IMG/VR virus record: IMGVR_UViG_3300044712_002699
Location: 16,744 to 80,743 of that record
Strand: one strand, 5' to 3'
DNA length: 64,000 bases
Source: a virus
The position numbers and the translations under genes are program-made. The notes under the pieces were generated by a model. The model was not told the origin of the DNA, made no database searches, and saw only the letters and a list, made by a program, of their open reading frames with translations. This document shows, piece by piece, positions 9,275 to 23,200 of the stretch. The first letter of the stretch is position 1. Each line of letters starts with the position of its first letter.

Positions 9275-12200
9275 TAAGCTTCTGGCCCCGGTCCTGACCC
9301 TACCGCGGTGATAAAAAGCGGAGGTCGGTACGACACCGGCCCTAATCTAATATGGTCATAGACAGAGGGCGAGTCAAGAATTTGAGTCTCCCAAACACCG
9401 GGGAGCCAAGTTGGGTCCGGGCCATTCCACCTGTATTCAATATCATACTTGTCATCCGTAACATTCAACATCTCGGAATGCGGGCCAAACATATCGAATA
9501 CAAAGAGAGGTCTAAGAGTAGAATACTCCTCATATGTTACCTCAACACCAACCTTCCCTAATACAGAGAGCGTAAAACCCTCAATCATATTTACTATTAG
9601 ATTCGGGTCGAGTTTTGTGAAAAAAACAACACTATCGGTTCCCGTAGAACTCTGTGTGACGAGACGATTATAATCCCCGAACAACACACTGTAGACGCCA
9701 TCCATCCACAAATCTTCGGAAAATACAAGAGCATCAAGTACTAAATAGTCACCGCTATATGCACCTGCATTTCTGAACCTGACCACTGTGAGTGGCTCAT
9801 ATCCAACTTCTTTACAAGGAATTCCTACGCGACCGAAAGCGTAGAAATACAGCGACCGATCTGGATCAAGGTATTTAGTTACTCCCTCGAAATGCCCCCG
9901 GTTAACATTATCCCACTCCCAGGAACGAATTAACCCCCGCCTGTTTTCAATATCTACCTGGTTCTCGGAGGAGATAGTGATTGAACGAGAAACAGGTTCT
10001 TGTTCTCTTGTAATGGCATTAACTGTTATGCCTCGTACAGACGGCTGAGATTCTCCATCTGAAACAAGTCCGAAAACAACGTCTGCTCTCTCAAGACTTA
10101 CATCTATTCTTTGCCATGCATCCTTAGCAAGATCGGTAAAGTAAAGACTCGGACTTTGATTGAAGGATATTTCCATAGCCTGTCTGAGACAGGAGAGTAA
10201 ATTGTTCTCGCTGGCAGCCTCCCAGGCATTATCCTTGTTCTTAAATTGCCAAATATGCACATCCGTATACTGTGCTATATCTTTCCACGCGCCTGAAATA
10301 AAAATTTTCCACGTCTTCTTGCGATCGAAAGAAAAGGCATAAAAAATAGAACATTGAGGAGGCACGTGTTCAAGAAAAGAAACAGATCGAATCTGAGCAA
10401 TATTGGTAAGATCGATATAATGGGATGATGCAGTAACCGCGGTGGAAACCTGCTTCGGACTCTTTAAATTCCCACCCAAGTCGTAAGATACCATCGTCAA
10501 ACCATTCACAGGAGAAACCATAAGGTGTGTTACGCTCCTCACATTTCCATCTAAATGATCTACGGAGGAGGAAACATCGCCACTACCTGATCCGTCCCCG
10601 GTTATACCTAGAACAAAAAACTCCTGACCGTCTTCCAACCCTATGAGAGAATATTCTTCAACTAAGGTATTATCTACACCAATTCTAATAATCTGTTTAA
10701 CAGTAGAGTCTTCCGTTATGGCGTCTTCAGCCCACTCTTCCCTGATAATTATTTCATTTTCTCGAGCAGCCGACACTGCTGTCAGCGGAGGCCGGGGACG
10801 CCCAGGACCAAGTCTCGTACACCAAAGTTGAGGATACCGCTCCTGCTCACCAGGTACCTGGGACCCGGGGCTCTCCCTAATCCATTCATCGTCAGGTGTT
10901 ACAGTACTATACTTATCCATTATCTCAATAGGATCCATTTTGATAACACGATACTTGTACATCTGCTTTTGACAATTCCACTCAAAATCAACTGACCCAA
11001 CCTTAATGGCTTTCAATGAAATCCCACTATCCGTAGTATAGTACCTTATGCCGTTCACGGGGTCACAGTCATCGGTTGATAAAAACATTGAGGCTCGGTA
11101 ACCATACTGGAAATCAGACCAGTCGGATTTATCGGGAGTAAGGAATACATTATAAGTCCCGCCCAACTCTTGAACTACACCTACTGTCCCGTTGTTTGTA
11201 TCCTCTAAAAGAGGGAGCCTATACCGACCAGGAGCATCCAAAAGAGAGATACCGGATACATCAACCTCAGTAGCGTCAATCTCTAAAACAGGATCAATTA
11301 CATCAGCATATATTAAATCCCCCTTCAGGGCATCGTAACTTAATTGATAAGAGGCTTTCACTGAATATTTTGAGAGATGAATATCAACCGAACCCATAAA
11401 CTCCGCTTCCAAATAAACATTACTACCGGTGTCGGGATCTGCATAAGGTATGCGGAGTAAATCATTCCCGTCAGGTTCTTCCGCAGCCAAAAACATCTTA
11501 CCTTTATAGTTTCTTCCGTTACTTACCTGGTACAACCAATCCCGTTGGTTAGACCCCAAAAAGATGTTATATTTCCGTTCCTCGAAAACCCCCTCTCCCA
11601 ATGCTTCTATCAAATCTGTGGGCCTTAAAAAATGGTGTTGGTAATGAAAAACCGGCAAATGAAGATACTGGGGATTATCCCACTCACCTCCGCTCTGACT
11701 CAACCAATCGGCTTCTACATAATAGGTATCATCGAGTTCTTTGTCATAAAAAGCATTTCCGTAGTGATCGATAAAGAAACCTCTGGGAGCAGAGTCAGGA
11801 TTCCCTAATGGTATATTTTGTTTGTAAAAATCATTCGTCTTAACCGACTCGATCCTATGTCCCTTGGTTCCTGTATAAGGGTCTTCAGAGGTTTTAAATA
11901 CCCAAGAGAATGACCCTAAGGAATAAAGAGCTACGGGAAACTCTGTCCTCGGGTTTGTAGAGCCGGGAGAGGGATCCATACCTGAATTATTGTAGTAGGA
12001 TAGCGCAGCCCACGTTGGTCTTAAAAACATCTTACCGGGATAGTCTGCATGAACGAGAGACCACTCTGACTTTAGAGTAGCAATAGCCGTATCATATCGC
12101 GTAGTGTAGGCATCAAAGTATTCGTAACCTAATGACAATCCCCTAAGATACTTAAAATCAAAAAGAATAACAGGTCTATACGAATCTTGAGGAAGTTTGA

Positions 12201-14259
12201 GCCTTAATAACTCTACAGAGATTGGCTCAAAACCAATATCCTCGGTTGCTCCGGTGCCTCCAGTAAATATGATGTCATTATCTTGTCCTAGACTTAATCG
12301 TGGATCACTTCCCTCTAGTATCTTTGCTGACGTTATTCGGTATGTAGTATCTCCTGTGTAGGAGTTAACAACTGTTTCTACTGAGAGAGTCGCCTGCCCA
12401 ACATACTTGGCATTGATTGCACTTTGACCGGCCTGTATGTGCGGGAACCAGTCCTTATCCGGATCCTCTGTCGCGTCTACAAGAAAAAGAACTCCTTCAT
12501 AGTTTGTCTCCAAACCAAGTTCCGACCAATTTCTAATCCCTGAAATATATATGTTGTAAGTACTGGACTCAAAAATGGAACTCTGGATTAATCCTGTGAG
12601 ATCCTTCGTGAGCGGGACTCGAAAATAGAATGACGTTCTTTTAAGGGTCAAACCCTTTGCCACAACTCGATAGCCGTCAACCTCAGTCCAAGGAGCCTCA
12701 TCATTAAAGACAATTTCATTGTTGTCATCAACAGTTAACCGGGGATCTCCTGAATACTTATTATTGAAGATTACTCGGGCAATACCAGTGCCATCCTCAG
12801 ACATAATGATACGAGCACTTGTCAAATAGATGGCATGTAAGGATTGATCGATTCCATACTTAAGAGGGAAAACCTCTTTAAGCTTAACCGTAGAAGTTAC
12901 CGGGACTCCCTCCTCGGTCTTATAAGGATCTATTTGACTCGAGTACCAAAAACCCGACCTCTCCTTGAAGAACTCCGTATTCATTACAAAATCAGTTTTT
13001 GGATCGGTTAAGAAAAGGTTTCCCTTAATACCCTCTCCAAAGAGCTGATCCCACGCCTTTTGATCCGACGCCAAGTAAATATTGTAATCCCCCGTCACTA
13101 AAGTTTCATAGGAAAACCTTGGAGTAGTGTAGCGCGCAGCGTGTAGGCAGGGTCTATAATGAAACACTGAAAGTAGGTTCGATAAACCGTCAACATTAAC
13201 GACAGTGCCCCCTATAACTCGAGTGGGTTGTTTGTTGTCTACAAAAATTAACTCCCCGTATGAATGCGGGTCATCGGGTGCGGCCCAATTAAGACGATCT
13301 CCCTCCACGTCTCTCACAATTTTACAGTAATTACAGAGATGCCCTGTAACCGTACTGTCATAAGGAGATACGACAGTTCGGAAAGCCATTGAAACCTCTC
13401 CAATATAAAGAGCATCGAGGTAAATGCCGCTTCCTATGTAGCGAGGGAATAAGAGAGGATCCCCCGTGTCGTAATCCTTATCAATAAACAACATTTGACC
13501 CTTATACAGGGGGTTTACGAGATCCCACTCAGACTGATTTGATGCTATATATACTCGATAGTTATGAGGAGCCGCTGGCAAAGATTGCACCTCAAACGTT
13601 TTTGTGGGATCATAAAAAAGCGGTTTTCTAAATCTAGAAAAACTAACATTCAGATACAAGTATTCAGAAGGAGTAGGAATTCCGGCCACGGGAATAGTAG
13701 CGCCTGGGTTAAGATCCTCATAAATAATGGTATCATTGTCAACTCTAATATTCGTTAAGTAAGGATCAGTTATAACCACTGAATAAGACATCTCCGTCTG
13801 ACCTAAGTAACGGGCATTTATTGTAACATTTGCCATTCTCAATGCAAAGAGAATCCTACTTTCCGACACAGGTATTCTCAACATATTTGTCGGATAGTTG
13901 GGAAACATCTTCGACAAAAACATCTGTCCACTTAGATAACCCCACCCCTGTTGGTCAGCCGCCAGATAAAGGTACCACTCCCCCGGTTCCGACGCCTTTA
14001 TCTCCTTGATCGTCCAAAGGCTTGTGTACTCGTTCTCTTCGAACTCAAGGGGATAGCTGACCTCACCAATACCAAGCTTCAGAGTTAAGCGATGAAAATA
14101 CACCGCAGTATTTCCTATAGTCTTAGGAGGTCTAGTCTCATCATCAAAATATAAAACGTGATCTCCGTCAACAACTATTGGATAAATTGCCTCCAGATTC
14201 TTCGCTTCCGGCTTCTGTATTGTGTTATCTAAGATCGTTATTGTGGGTGTTACAGGCAT
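9274..14259 (-). CDS. Giant repeat-containing putative virion structural protein (1661 aa)
   Basis: About seven copies of the Y-x-[VI]-Y-[IL]-[AS]-S...W...Y-x-G-x-[ML]FL repeat. Stop overlaps the GT2 start (TAATG). Confidence 0.75.
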   Translation of the reverse strand: MPVTPTITILDNTIQKPEAKNLEAIYPIVVDGDHVLYFDDETRPPKTIGNTAVYFHRLTLKLGIGEVSYPLEFEENEYTSLWTIKEIKASEPGEWYLYLAADQQGWGYLSGQMFLSKMFPNYPTNMLRIPVSESRILFALRMANVTINARYLGQTEMSYSVVITDPYLTNIRVDNDTIIYEDLNPGATIPVAGIPTPSEYLYLNVSFSRFRKPLFYDPTKTFEVQSLPAAPHNYRVYIASNQSEWDLVNPLYKGQMLFIDKDYDTGDPLLFPRYIGSGIYLDALYIGEVSMAFRTVVSPYDSTVTGHLCNYCKIVRDVEGDRLNWAAPDDPHSYGELIFVDNKQPTRVIGGTVVNVDGLSNLLSVFHYRPCLHAARYTTPRFSYETLVTGDYNIYLASDQKAWDQLFGEGIKGNLFLTDPKTDFVMNTEFFKERSGFWYSSQIDPYKTEEGVPVTSTVKLKEVFPLKYGIDQSLHAIYLTSARIIMSEDGTGIARVIFNNKYSGDPRLTVDDNNEIVFNDEAPWTEVDGYRVVAKGLTLKRTSFYFRVPLTKDLTGLIQSSIFESSTYNIYISGIRNWSELGLETNYEGVLFLVDATEDPDKDWFPHIQAGQSAINAKYVGQATLSVETVVNSYTGDTTYRITSAKILEGSDPRLSLGQDNDIIFTGGTGATEDIGFEPISVELLRLKLPQDSYRPVILFDFKYLRGLSLGYEYFDAYTTRYDTAIATLKSEWSLVHADYPGKMFLRPTWAALSYYNNSGMDPSPGSTNPRTEFPVALYSLGSFSWVFKTSEDPYTGTKGHRIESVKTNDFYKQNIPLGNPDSAPRGFFIDHYGNAFYDKELDDTYYVEADWLSQSGGEWDNPQYLHLPVFHYQHHFLRPTDLIEALGEGVFEERKYNIFLGSNQRDWLYQVSNGRNYKGKMFLAAEEPDGNDLLRIPYADPDTGSNVYLEAEFMGSVDIHLSKYSVKASYQLSYDALKGDLIYADVIDPVLEIDATEVDVSGISLLDAPGRYRLPLLEDTNNGTVGVVQELGGTYNVFLTPDKSDWSDFQYGYRASMFLSTDDCDPVNGIRYYTTDSGISLKAIKVGSVDFEWNCQKQMYKYRVIKMDPIEIMDKYSTVTPDDEWIRESPGSQVPGEQERYPQLWCTRLGPGRPRPPLTAVSAARENEIIIREEWAEDAITEDSTVKQIIRIGVDNTLVEEYSLIGLEDGQEFFVLGITGDGSGSGDVSSSVDHLDGNVRSVTHLMVSPVNGLTMVSYDLGGNLKSPKQVSTAVTASSHYIDLTNIAQIRSVSFLEHVPPQCSIFYAFSFDRKKTWKIFISGAWKDIAQYTDVHIWQFKNKDNAWEAASENNLLSCLRQAMEISFNQSPSLYFTDLAKDAWQRIDVSLERADVVFGLVSDGESQPSVRGITVNAITREQEPVSRSITISSENQVDIENRRGLIRSWEWDNVNRGHFEGVTKYLDPDRSLYFYAFGRVGIPCKEVGYEPLTVVRFRNAGAYSGDYLVLDALVFSEDLWMDGVYSVLFGDYNRLVTQSSTGTDSVVFFTKLDPNLIVNMIEGFTLSVLGKVGVEVTYEEYSTLRPLFVFDMFGPHSEMLNVTDDKYDIEYRWNGPDPTWLPGVWETQILDSPSVYDHIRLGPVSYRPPLFITAVGSGPGPEA

Positions 14260-14260
14260 A

Positions 14261-17200
14261 TTACCCCTGCTCTTCGCTCTCTACCGGATGAAAAAGAAAC
14301 GTTAGAGAACTAATAACTGGCTCCGGAACTATCTGGAGTGTTTTATTCGAGACCACAGCATTGCTCTTAACTACAACCTTCGCAATAATACTATCTCCAA
14401 GATTAACTTGCCGCTGCCCAATTCTACCGCTGTTGTCGGTGACTTTGAACATTTTGATCCGACTATTCATAAGATCATCTAAACCAATTTCCTGTGTCAG
14501 TAAAAAGGAAGCATTATCTATCACAGGAGGAGGCTGACCCGAAACAAAATACTCATCCAAATCAATAGTATAGTCTAGACACCAACTGGTTATCTGTATG
14601 ACACAATCCTTATTATTCAGATCAGGCGGAAGAATGAACTGCAGTTCGAGATAAATCGGCTTCCCTTCCGCGTAAATAGGCAACATTACAGCCCCGATAT
14701 AAACCTCCCCTCCCGAGAAGAAGGAACGGATTCCCGAGTCTGGAACGACTGTTTCAGTGGCTATTGGGTTGGTTCCAGATACCACAGTACTCCCAAATCC
14801 AGAAAATTTACTCTCCGGCTGAGATTCGCTTGCTCTAAAATAAGTCACCTGGACTCGGCCTACTTTCCATGCCTGAACTTGCTCGCTACCTATGTAAGAG
14901 GTGAGAATATCCCCAACAGTGTTAGGCTCGGCTTGACATAAAAAGAGAGAGCCAATATAGTCCAAACTTAGATCTTCCCATCCAAGTTCCATAGAAGAAA
15001 CATACACATTATAAATCCCCTCCAAGAACTCATCAACTACGCTGATCTGACTTGTTAATGGATCAAAGAATAGGGGTTTTCCGTTTCCATCCGAATAAGA
15101 CCACGACATACCCAAAAGAACGACCTCTGTGGCCCGTATCGTCTTTTTCCAATTGTCCTCATCAACATATCTAAGGCTATTATCAGAAACAATCCTTAGA
15201 TAGTCCGAGCCCTCAAGTATCTGCGCTGCCCCTGGATATACTTGTTCTAGGCTTTGAGAAGGCCCATACCTCAGTATAACTTTTCCAACACACCACGACC
15301 TAACCTCAGTAGTCTCAAAGAAACCGCTCCAACTCTTCTCACCAGATTTGTCGGGTGGTGACATGCTGAGAAATGCAGCATCCGAAAAACTCATCCAACG
15401 AACGTCTGGTACCGTTCTATAGATATAATATATACCAGCGTCAACCCTTTCGGCAGCAGGAAAGTGAGTTTCGTAACCGGGTAACGAAAGGGCTAGTGGC
15501 TTATCCTCAAATAATAACAAAACTTTACCTACTAATAATGGATTCACGCGATCCCCGTACTCATTGTACGGACTGCTACCACTATATACTGCAGCCCCGT
15601 CACTAAGGCAGTGATGTTCAAACTGTGGTAATCTCTCTTCCCAATACAAATCTTCCGAACTTTCTCCCACCTTGAGTTGAATATCGCTCCCAGGAAAAAC
15701 ATCAAAAATATAATTACCGTAGTTGCTAGTTAAGGTAAGTTCCTTCGTAGTCGAGACGCGTCCTATACACAGAGCCTTTGCAAGAGTTATGGAAGAATCA
15801 AGAACATATTCCCCCTCAAAGAGAGACGGACTTTCTGAAGACAAAAATAGTTGGCCTGAAAAATCCTGCCAAGATGGATCACTAGGCGCTAAATAGAGAT
15901 AGTAAGCCAACCCAGGGTCTATCTTAGTAACTTCTGGGTATCCACCTATAAGCCTTAGAGGATTTCTAAACTTACCAACGCCTGATCTAAGAGACTTAAT
16001 ACTGGAGTCAACGCACGTCCCTGATACCTCTTTAGGCCCCGGTCCTCTCAACAACAAGTCCCCGTCTTCTGTGACAAAAATGATATAAAACGTAAAATTA
16101 TCAACTAAATAAAACTCTTTACTCAATCCCTCAACAACAACGGGAGATGTCCAACTGTGGGTTGGTACATCCGAAAGGGTAAGAAAAGAGAAGCCAAACT
16201 GCTCCATCTTTTGTCTCCGAAGACTTGACAGTTGACCGACATACCCGAGAACAATCCTGTGCTTCGTTAGGTTACGGACCACAATCTCCCAATCCCTAAT
16301 ATCCGACAATGAATAGTGACCCCCAGGAACGGTTCTATCGAGATCAGGATATATCCCTATTGTAGCATCCTCGTCCTGGCTAACCGTTGGGTCAATAAAA
16401 ATTTCAGGCATCAACTCTGCCTTACTTGTTATCCAACTAGCAGCAACAGATTCCCCCACCTTACAAGTCCCAATCTTGAAGGCTGAACAAAGTTGAGGAT
16501 AATTCCACCAGGAAAAAGACGTAGCCTCTGGTGCCGTCAAATAGATATAACCATATTGATCCGGCTCTGCCTGTGATAAAAATATTCGCCCATCATAGCC
16601 CACAATGTTGGTAGCATCATACTCTGACCCAGCATCGCTGGTTTCTGTAGTAATGTTATAAAAAAAGTTCTCATCCGCCATTTGGTAGATATAGTAAACC
16701 CCATCTTTCATGTCTACTTGCTTGGCAAAAGCAGCCTTATTCCACCTATCAAATTCAACGACTTGGAGTGGATTAAATGTATCAGACGAATACTGGGTCT
16801 CTTCTACAGAGTCTGTTAAATATTGAGGAAGACAGAAAGGAACACCCTCAGAGGTCACCAGTGTACCTAAGGATGTGTCTTCCGGGCTCCCCACCACTAT
16901 TGAATTAGCGGTTTCAGTTCGTTGGACATTTATCAAAGGACTCTTACCAAGATTTACCTCTTTCATCTGAACCTCAACAACTCCTACTAATTTAGAGGTA
17001 ACCTCCCTCTCATAATACTCTATTCCCTTTATATCAAATTCAGTGATATCAATAATATTGGCTCTATTTACTCCTCCAATACGAGCACTAGGCACCGCAG
17101 TAAGATAACCCACGGCACTCCCATCCCATGTCAGTAAGTACTTATGACCTTGTAAAATATCATACCGCATCCAATCAGACCAAACATCAATTTCAGTTCC

Positions 17201-20200
17201 ACTCATAGTGAACCCGCTAACTCCTCCAAAAGTAACTCTTATTTTGGGAGGGCTTGTTAGGAACCCATAAGTGTCTTGGTCTCTATATCCAAAGTGTGCT
17301 TGATTAAGAGAAAAGTCCTGATCCTGATAAGGTCGAGAAAACCGAAATCGTATATAGTTTCCGCTTGTAGTAAAATCCACAAACCTTCGAAATGTTCCTG
17401 AAACAGAGTCCCATCCATTTATACTGTCTGCGGATGTAAGGGTTGATTCCTCTTCCTCGAGAATATCTTTAACTTCGATACGAGTTATATCAGCAGACGC
17501 TGATGGAGAATAGAGCCCGTAACCGGAGACTGAATCCAGATGGGCCTCGCTGGCACCTCCTTTATAATACGTAGCCTCCTTAGACCCCCGGTTACCTATA
17601 GACAGACCCTCAGTATACAGTTGTAACCTCGACATCGCCTCTTCAGTAGGAATTGTTACCCAATCTGACCACACTGACTCTGATCCTAAATCTAAGAATA
17701 GAGACGTATCTTGCCCCTCGTTGAAAGTGATCTGAGCCACAACTGGGTCTTCAATAGGTGGAGTATTAAATGCCCCCCATTCACCCACCCACACTTCAGA
17801 AATTAAAAGAGGCTCTTGTGCCAGGGGAGGGATAGTAAACTTAAATCTCACAACCTTAAACTCTTCTCTTGTGAAAATGTTTTGTACACAAGAAATAGTC
17901 TTATTTGTGGAGGGCGTATAGATTTGACGTGAAAACTCAGTAACGACAGAACCACCCTTCTTAGATTCAATACTAACGACATCACCATAAGTGTAAGTAT
18001 CAAAAGACTCAGAGGGCTCATCAGTAGCAGCATTAGCAGCCGATCCAAAATAAAAAACTCTTGGTTCGGGACAGAAATTTCCTATTCCGTACCCGTCCCA
18101 CGAAAGAAGATAAGTCTTATAAGCCCAACCAGTGTCTGGCCCAGGAAAAGCATACGAAATCCAGTCTGACCAAACGGTTGTTGTAGTTCGCGGATCAATT
18201 ACCACGGACGATTGTCCGCTAAACGTTACCCTTCTGACCAGTCCGGGAGTAGAAGTAAAGTTATGGCTCCAACTATACTCTGCGACACCAAAGAAACAGT
18301 TATAAATATTTGCTGGAACTATTGATCCGGGAGGGACGGAGAATTGAAAGCGTATACGGGAAAAACTCGAGTACATGTTTAGGGCTCGTCTTATTAGAAC
18401 CGGCTCAGATGAATTAAATTCGCTGTTAACAATGTTCGCTCTGAAGACTGTTCTTGCCTGACTGCTTTCTTCTACCTGAATCTCCGAGACGTCAAGTTTT
18501 TTAGTCGTATTCCCTGAACTGTTCCGGTATGCTTCTCCCACATCATCTTTGTTAAGGAGCCCGTATCCATCCCAAGAGATGAGGTAGTCATAAGAGGTAT
18601 TAACAGAATAGTCTAACCAATCGGTCCACACCTCTGTTTTGCCGACTGACGCGTCTAACACATACTGTGATCCCCCCGAAAAAGTTAGGGGTAATTTTCC
18701 TGTATAGAAGACGTAATTATAGTTTCGTTGCCCAAAATAAGCCTGGTTAATAATCGCGTAGCCCTTAGTGGACCCGCAGGGCAAGGAAAACTTGAATCTA
18801 ACTCGATCAGAATCCTTAACAAAGGACACAACTTGTCTTACATGACACGCCGAGGCCGAGGACGCCGTCAGAGTATCGTAGTGACAAGACGCCGTGTCAG
18901 TCCCATCAAATGCCTCGACTTCAGAGAACGTACTGTACGTATAAGACGATTCAGAGAGTCTCGGTACGTCTTCTGAGGCTTGATTTGAATTTGATTCAAA
19001 AAACGTAGTCAAGAAATCTGAACTAAACCCGAAATCTACAGCCGATCCATCAAAGGCTAATAAATACTCAATATCCTCTGATATATCAAAATCTACCCAA
19101 TCCGACCACACCGATGATCCTGGACTAATCTGTAATCCCTCGTTTGAGGAAAACGTCACTTGGGATTTTAGGGGATCAGGAGCAAAAGCGTAAGACCCGC
19201 TCAGCTGTCCAAAGTAACACTGAGACAGAGAAAAATCGGTCACAGAACTAGTGGGACAAGAAAACAAGAATCTGATTCGAGAAGCCGCTTCTCTGGGTCT
19301 AATCACGATACGAAACTCGGTATTCCTTGATACAATGTCTTTAGAAATAAACAGTGTACTCAATCGATCAGGAAGTGTGGACGAACTAGTTTCAAAAAGT
19401 TGAAATTCATTGAATGATATAGAATACGAATACCACCGGGCACTAGCATAGAAGCGGTAGTATCTGTAAGCCGTAGTATTATTAAAAGTCAGAACGGCAA
19501 ACTCAGGATAGTTACCCAGAGATGGATTAAAATACGTAGTGCTGTACAGGTTAACCCAGTTCGAATTATCATTTGATCCCTGTATTGCAAAGTCTCTTGG
19601 GGCGTAGTAGGAGCCACCAATCATATATCTAATCTTAGTGACAACTCTTGCATTGCCTGACCCGAGATCTATCTTCGTCCAATAAGGCGCTGAACCACTT
19701 ATTGGATTTGATGTCGTAGTATTATCATCATAGACTCGATAAGCATAATTAGAACCATCAGACTGAGAAACAACGGCAGGAGATGGAGATGAGTTAGCGT
19801 ACATGCCCACATTGATTCTCCCCACTAAGTCCTGATTATCACTATACTCAAACCCACCCACTACCGGTAAATTATAGAAGTTATCATAATCACCGCCAGG
19901 AAATTCTGCTGAATCAACCCCCCACACACCCGATTTTTTGAAAGCATACCTGTAAACACCTCCGGCTATACTACTTCTGTGCCCAAGATATCCTCCCTCA
20001 TAAGAAACCATATAGGTCTTACCTTTTTGAATGCTAAATGTCCCCCAATCTGTCCAAGATGAACGAAGGTCTCCTATTAACTGTTTTCCACTACTACCCG
20101 AAAATGTGAGTTGGATTTTTGAAGGGGTCGAAGCAAAATGGTAATTAGTCCCAGGGGCCACTTCTCCAAAATAACAAGAAGTGAGGAGCATAGGCGACGC

Positions 20201-23200
20201 CGAATCCTTTCCAAACCTTACCCTTACCCCCATCGCGTCTCTAGGCGCTACCCAAGGAGCCCTAAAATTATAGGAATAAGTCGGAAATCCAGATGATAAA
20301 TCGTTGTTTACCTGATAAATAGTTTCTACAGTTCCGGATCCTCCTGCTGACGAGGACAAATCTATACCTATTATATCCATCCACGCTGTGTCACTTCCAT
20401 AAGAAAAGGAAGGAACATCTACGTTTGCATAACCAGAACCACTAGTATAATATACATAGGGGGTAGCCACACCGTGCAACGGTTCATACGTATCAATAGC
20501 AATTAGAAGATACGGGTCTCCGTAATCACTAGAAAGTTCTGTTATTGATACCCAGTCCGACCACAAAGATTCACCCGGAGACAGGGTAACGCCCGCGGAC
20601 CCGGAGTTAAAGGTTACCGGGATTATACTACCAGCAAAAATCGTTGATAGGTTACCGTTAGTTATTCCAACAGTCATAGCCTGTATAGTTAAATCATCAG
20701 TGGCATCCTCCGGGTTAACCAACTTCAATCTAATATGACCATTTCCCATATATTTATCAGTTATTACAAAACGAACATGATACTTTTTTCGTTCCGAAGC
20801 ACCTTCTCCGGTAGTTATCGGGAATGTATGGAGACGTTTTATCCCCGATCCATCATAATCAACCTCGACACTGGAAAGAGGAGCTGACCAATCTATTCCT
20901 AGTGACGTAAAATCAGTCGGAGGTTCCTCCATATGAGAATTAGAAGAAGAGACACTTTTATAGCCAGACCCCACAGAAGCAGTTTCAACATTCGTATAAG
21001 CATCTCCGGAAGACTCATCCCAAGACAAGACATAGTTACCGGAACTAATGTCAAAGTTAATCCAGTCAGACCAGATTTCTGTATCTTGATCACTTAAAAA
21101 AATAAGTCTTTGAGAACTATTAAACGTTACAGGCTGCTTTTGCGGACTCGACGCGAAACAATATGGGTCTGAAGCCAGTGAGTCTTGCTTTCCAAAATAG
21201 ACCTCACTAATACAGATGAGCGAAACTATGTCGGGCGGAGCAGACACCTTAAACCTAACTCTGCTAAATGAACCATCGAAGTATAAGACTCGACGGCGGG
21301 TCGCTGCGGCTTGGCCTGTTCCAGTCACTGGTCTGGCAAAATTATTCGTTACCTCTCCATCGAGGCTAGTTTCTATTTGTGACACATCAAGTGCAGTTGT
21401 AGAAGATACTAGGTTCCACGAGTAATCTTCTTCAGCATCCAATGCCTCTCTGCCGTAAGCAATCTCCAAGTCCGACCCGAAATTGTTATTAAGAGACCCA
21501 TCCCACCATAAGAGATAAATGCTGTCAGGGGGCTGCTCAGAAAAATCAAAATCAATCCAATCGCTCCAAAACTCTTGCATATATGTATCGATATCTATTG
21601 ACGGATAGCCCGCAAAAGTTAACGGGATAGGATCAAGGCTTGGGTCAAAAACAAATGCTATATTACTTTGAAGTCCAAACTTTGCCGACTTTATCCTAAC
21701 AGATTGAACGTCAGTTATATTCGTCGAGAACCTAAATCGAATCTTTGTGGCTGAATTTGATGCCGTCTTGAAAGCTTTAATACATATATCTCCATAAGCC
21801 TCTCTCGAAATAATCACCTGTTCCCGGACGTCTACTACTCCGGAGCTGGGCGTTACTTCGATCTGAGAAACGTCACAGAGATCATAAATATAATCGAATC
21901 CGTAAGTATAATCGGCTGCTCCGAGCTGATTTTTCTTATATGAATCATTAAGAACAACAGTATTTCCAGCAGTAGGACCGCCCCACGAGATAATATAACG
22001 TACTCCCTTTGTCATCGAGAACGAAACCCAGTCAGACCAAATCGTAGAGAGGGGAGGTAGATTTAGGTAGGGTTGACCGTTATTGAAGGTAACAGGAACT
22101 TTCGATGGAGGATTGACAAAATGAGGGCCGATGTCATCATATTCATCAAGAACTCCCTGATTAGCCATTCCGAAATATGCCCGCGTGATAACCAACGGCT
22201 CTGATGTATTAAGTGACTTAAACTTGAACCTTATCTGGTCACAGTCTTGACTCGGGGTGACCCATAACCTAAAACTGTTCCCGGTTATCTTACTGTATGT
22301 AAGATCATTATCTAACTTTACAGCGGGGATAGAGGATATCCTCGATCCTATAACGGTAGCCGTGATAACATCAGTACCCGGATCCGGTTCTATAGAACTT
22401 AGAATGAGAGAATTTTGACTGCCAATTAGAACTTGATCTTCCCATTCAGGCTCATTACCAGTCAAATAAACATTATAAGTCCCACTTTTCGGTTCGGCAG
22501 GAAGAGATAGAGAAAGCGTATCACCTCTATAAGAAATAATCGGAGGTAACTGATACGTCTTCGGAACGTTTAGTGTTAGATAAGAAACATCAATAACAGA
22601 CCCCCCAATCTCCATAATTCCGAGATCGGGGTCTGAAAAATACAGTTCATTCGTCACGGGGTGTGTTGCTAAACCCTTCGTGTAGGGCTCAAGAATCTCT
22701 ATCTCAGAGATTTGATACGTCGGCATAGCATAGTTTATCGTATCCTGGATTCTAGAAAACTTAATCCAGGCTTGCCCGAGCTTAATAGCATCGACAGAAT
22801 TTTCGGAATCTACTGAGATAGGAAATGAAAAATTTTCCGACGCCCTAGTTAAAAACAGCCCACCACTAGAAGATAGATTGTAGTAAGACTCAGCCTGCTC
22901 CCACCCATAAAGAGAAGGAGTGACCCAAATATCCCACAGTTCTCTCTGTCCTCGGTCGAACAGACTCACCCCGAGAAGAGTGTTCTTATAATAACGAATA
23001 GTCTTCTTAACATTTGTGTAAAACCGCCGAGAACTAATCAGATCGAGATTAGCAACTTTCGTTCGGTAAGGCCCGATAAATTTGTAGGGATTCTGACTGT
23101 TAACGTAGGCTGGATTACTGCCGCCTCCGTAATAATCCATTCCAGCGTCTACTCGGTCTATGATAACTCCCTCTGTTGGATAGTATCGGTATCTTTGCTC

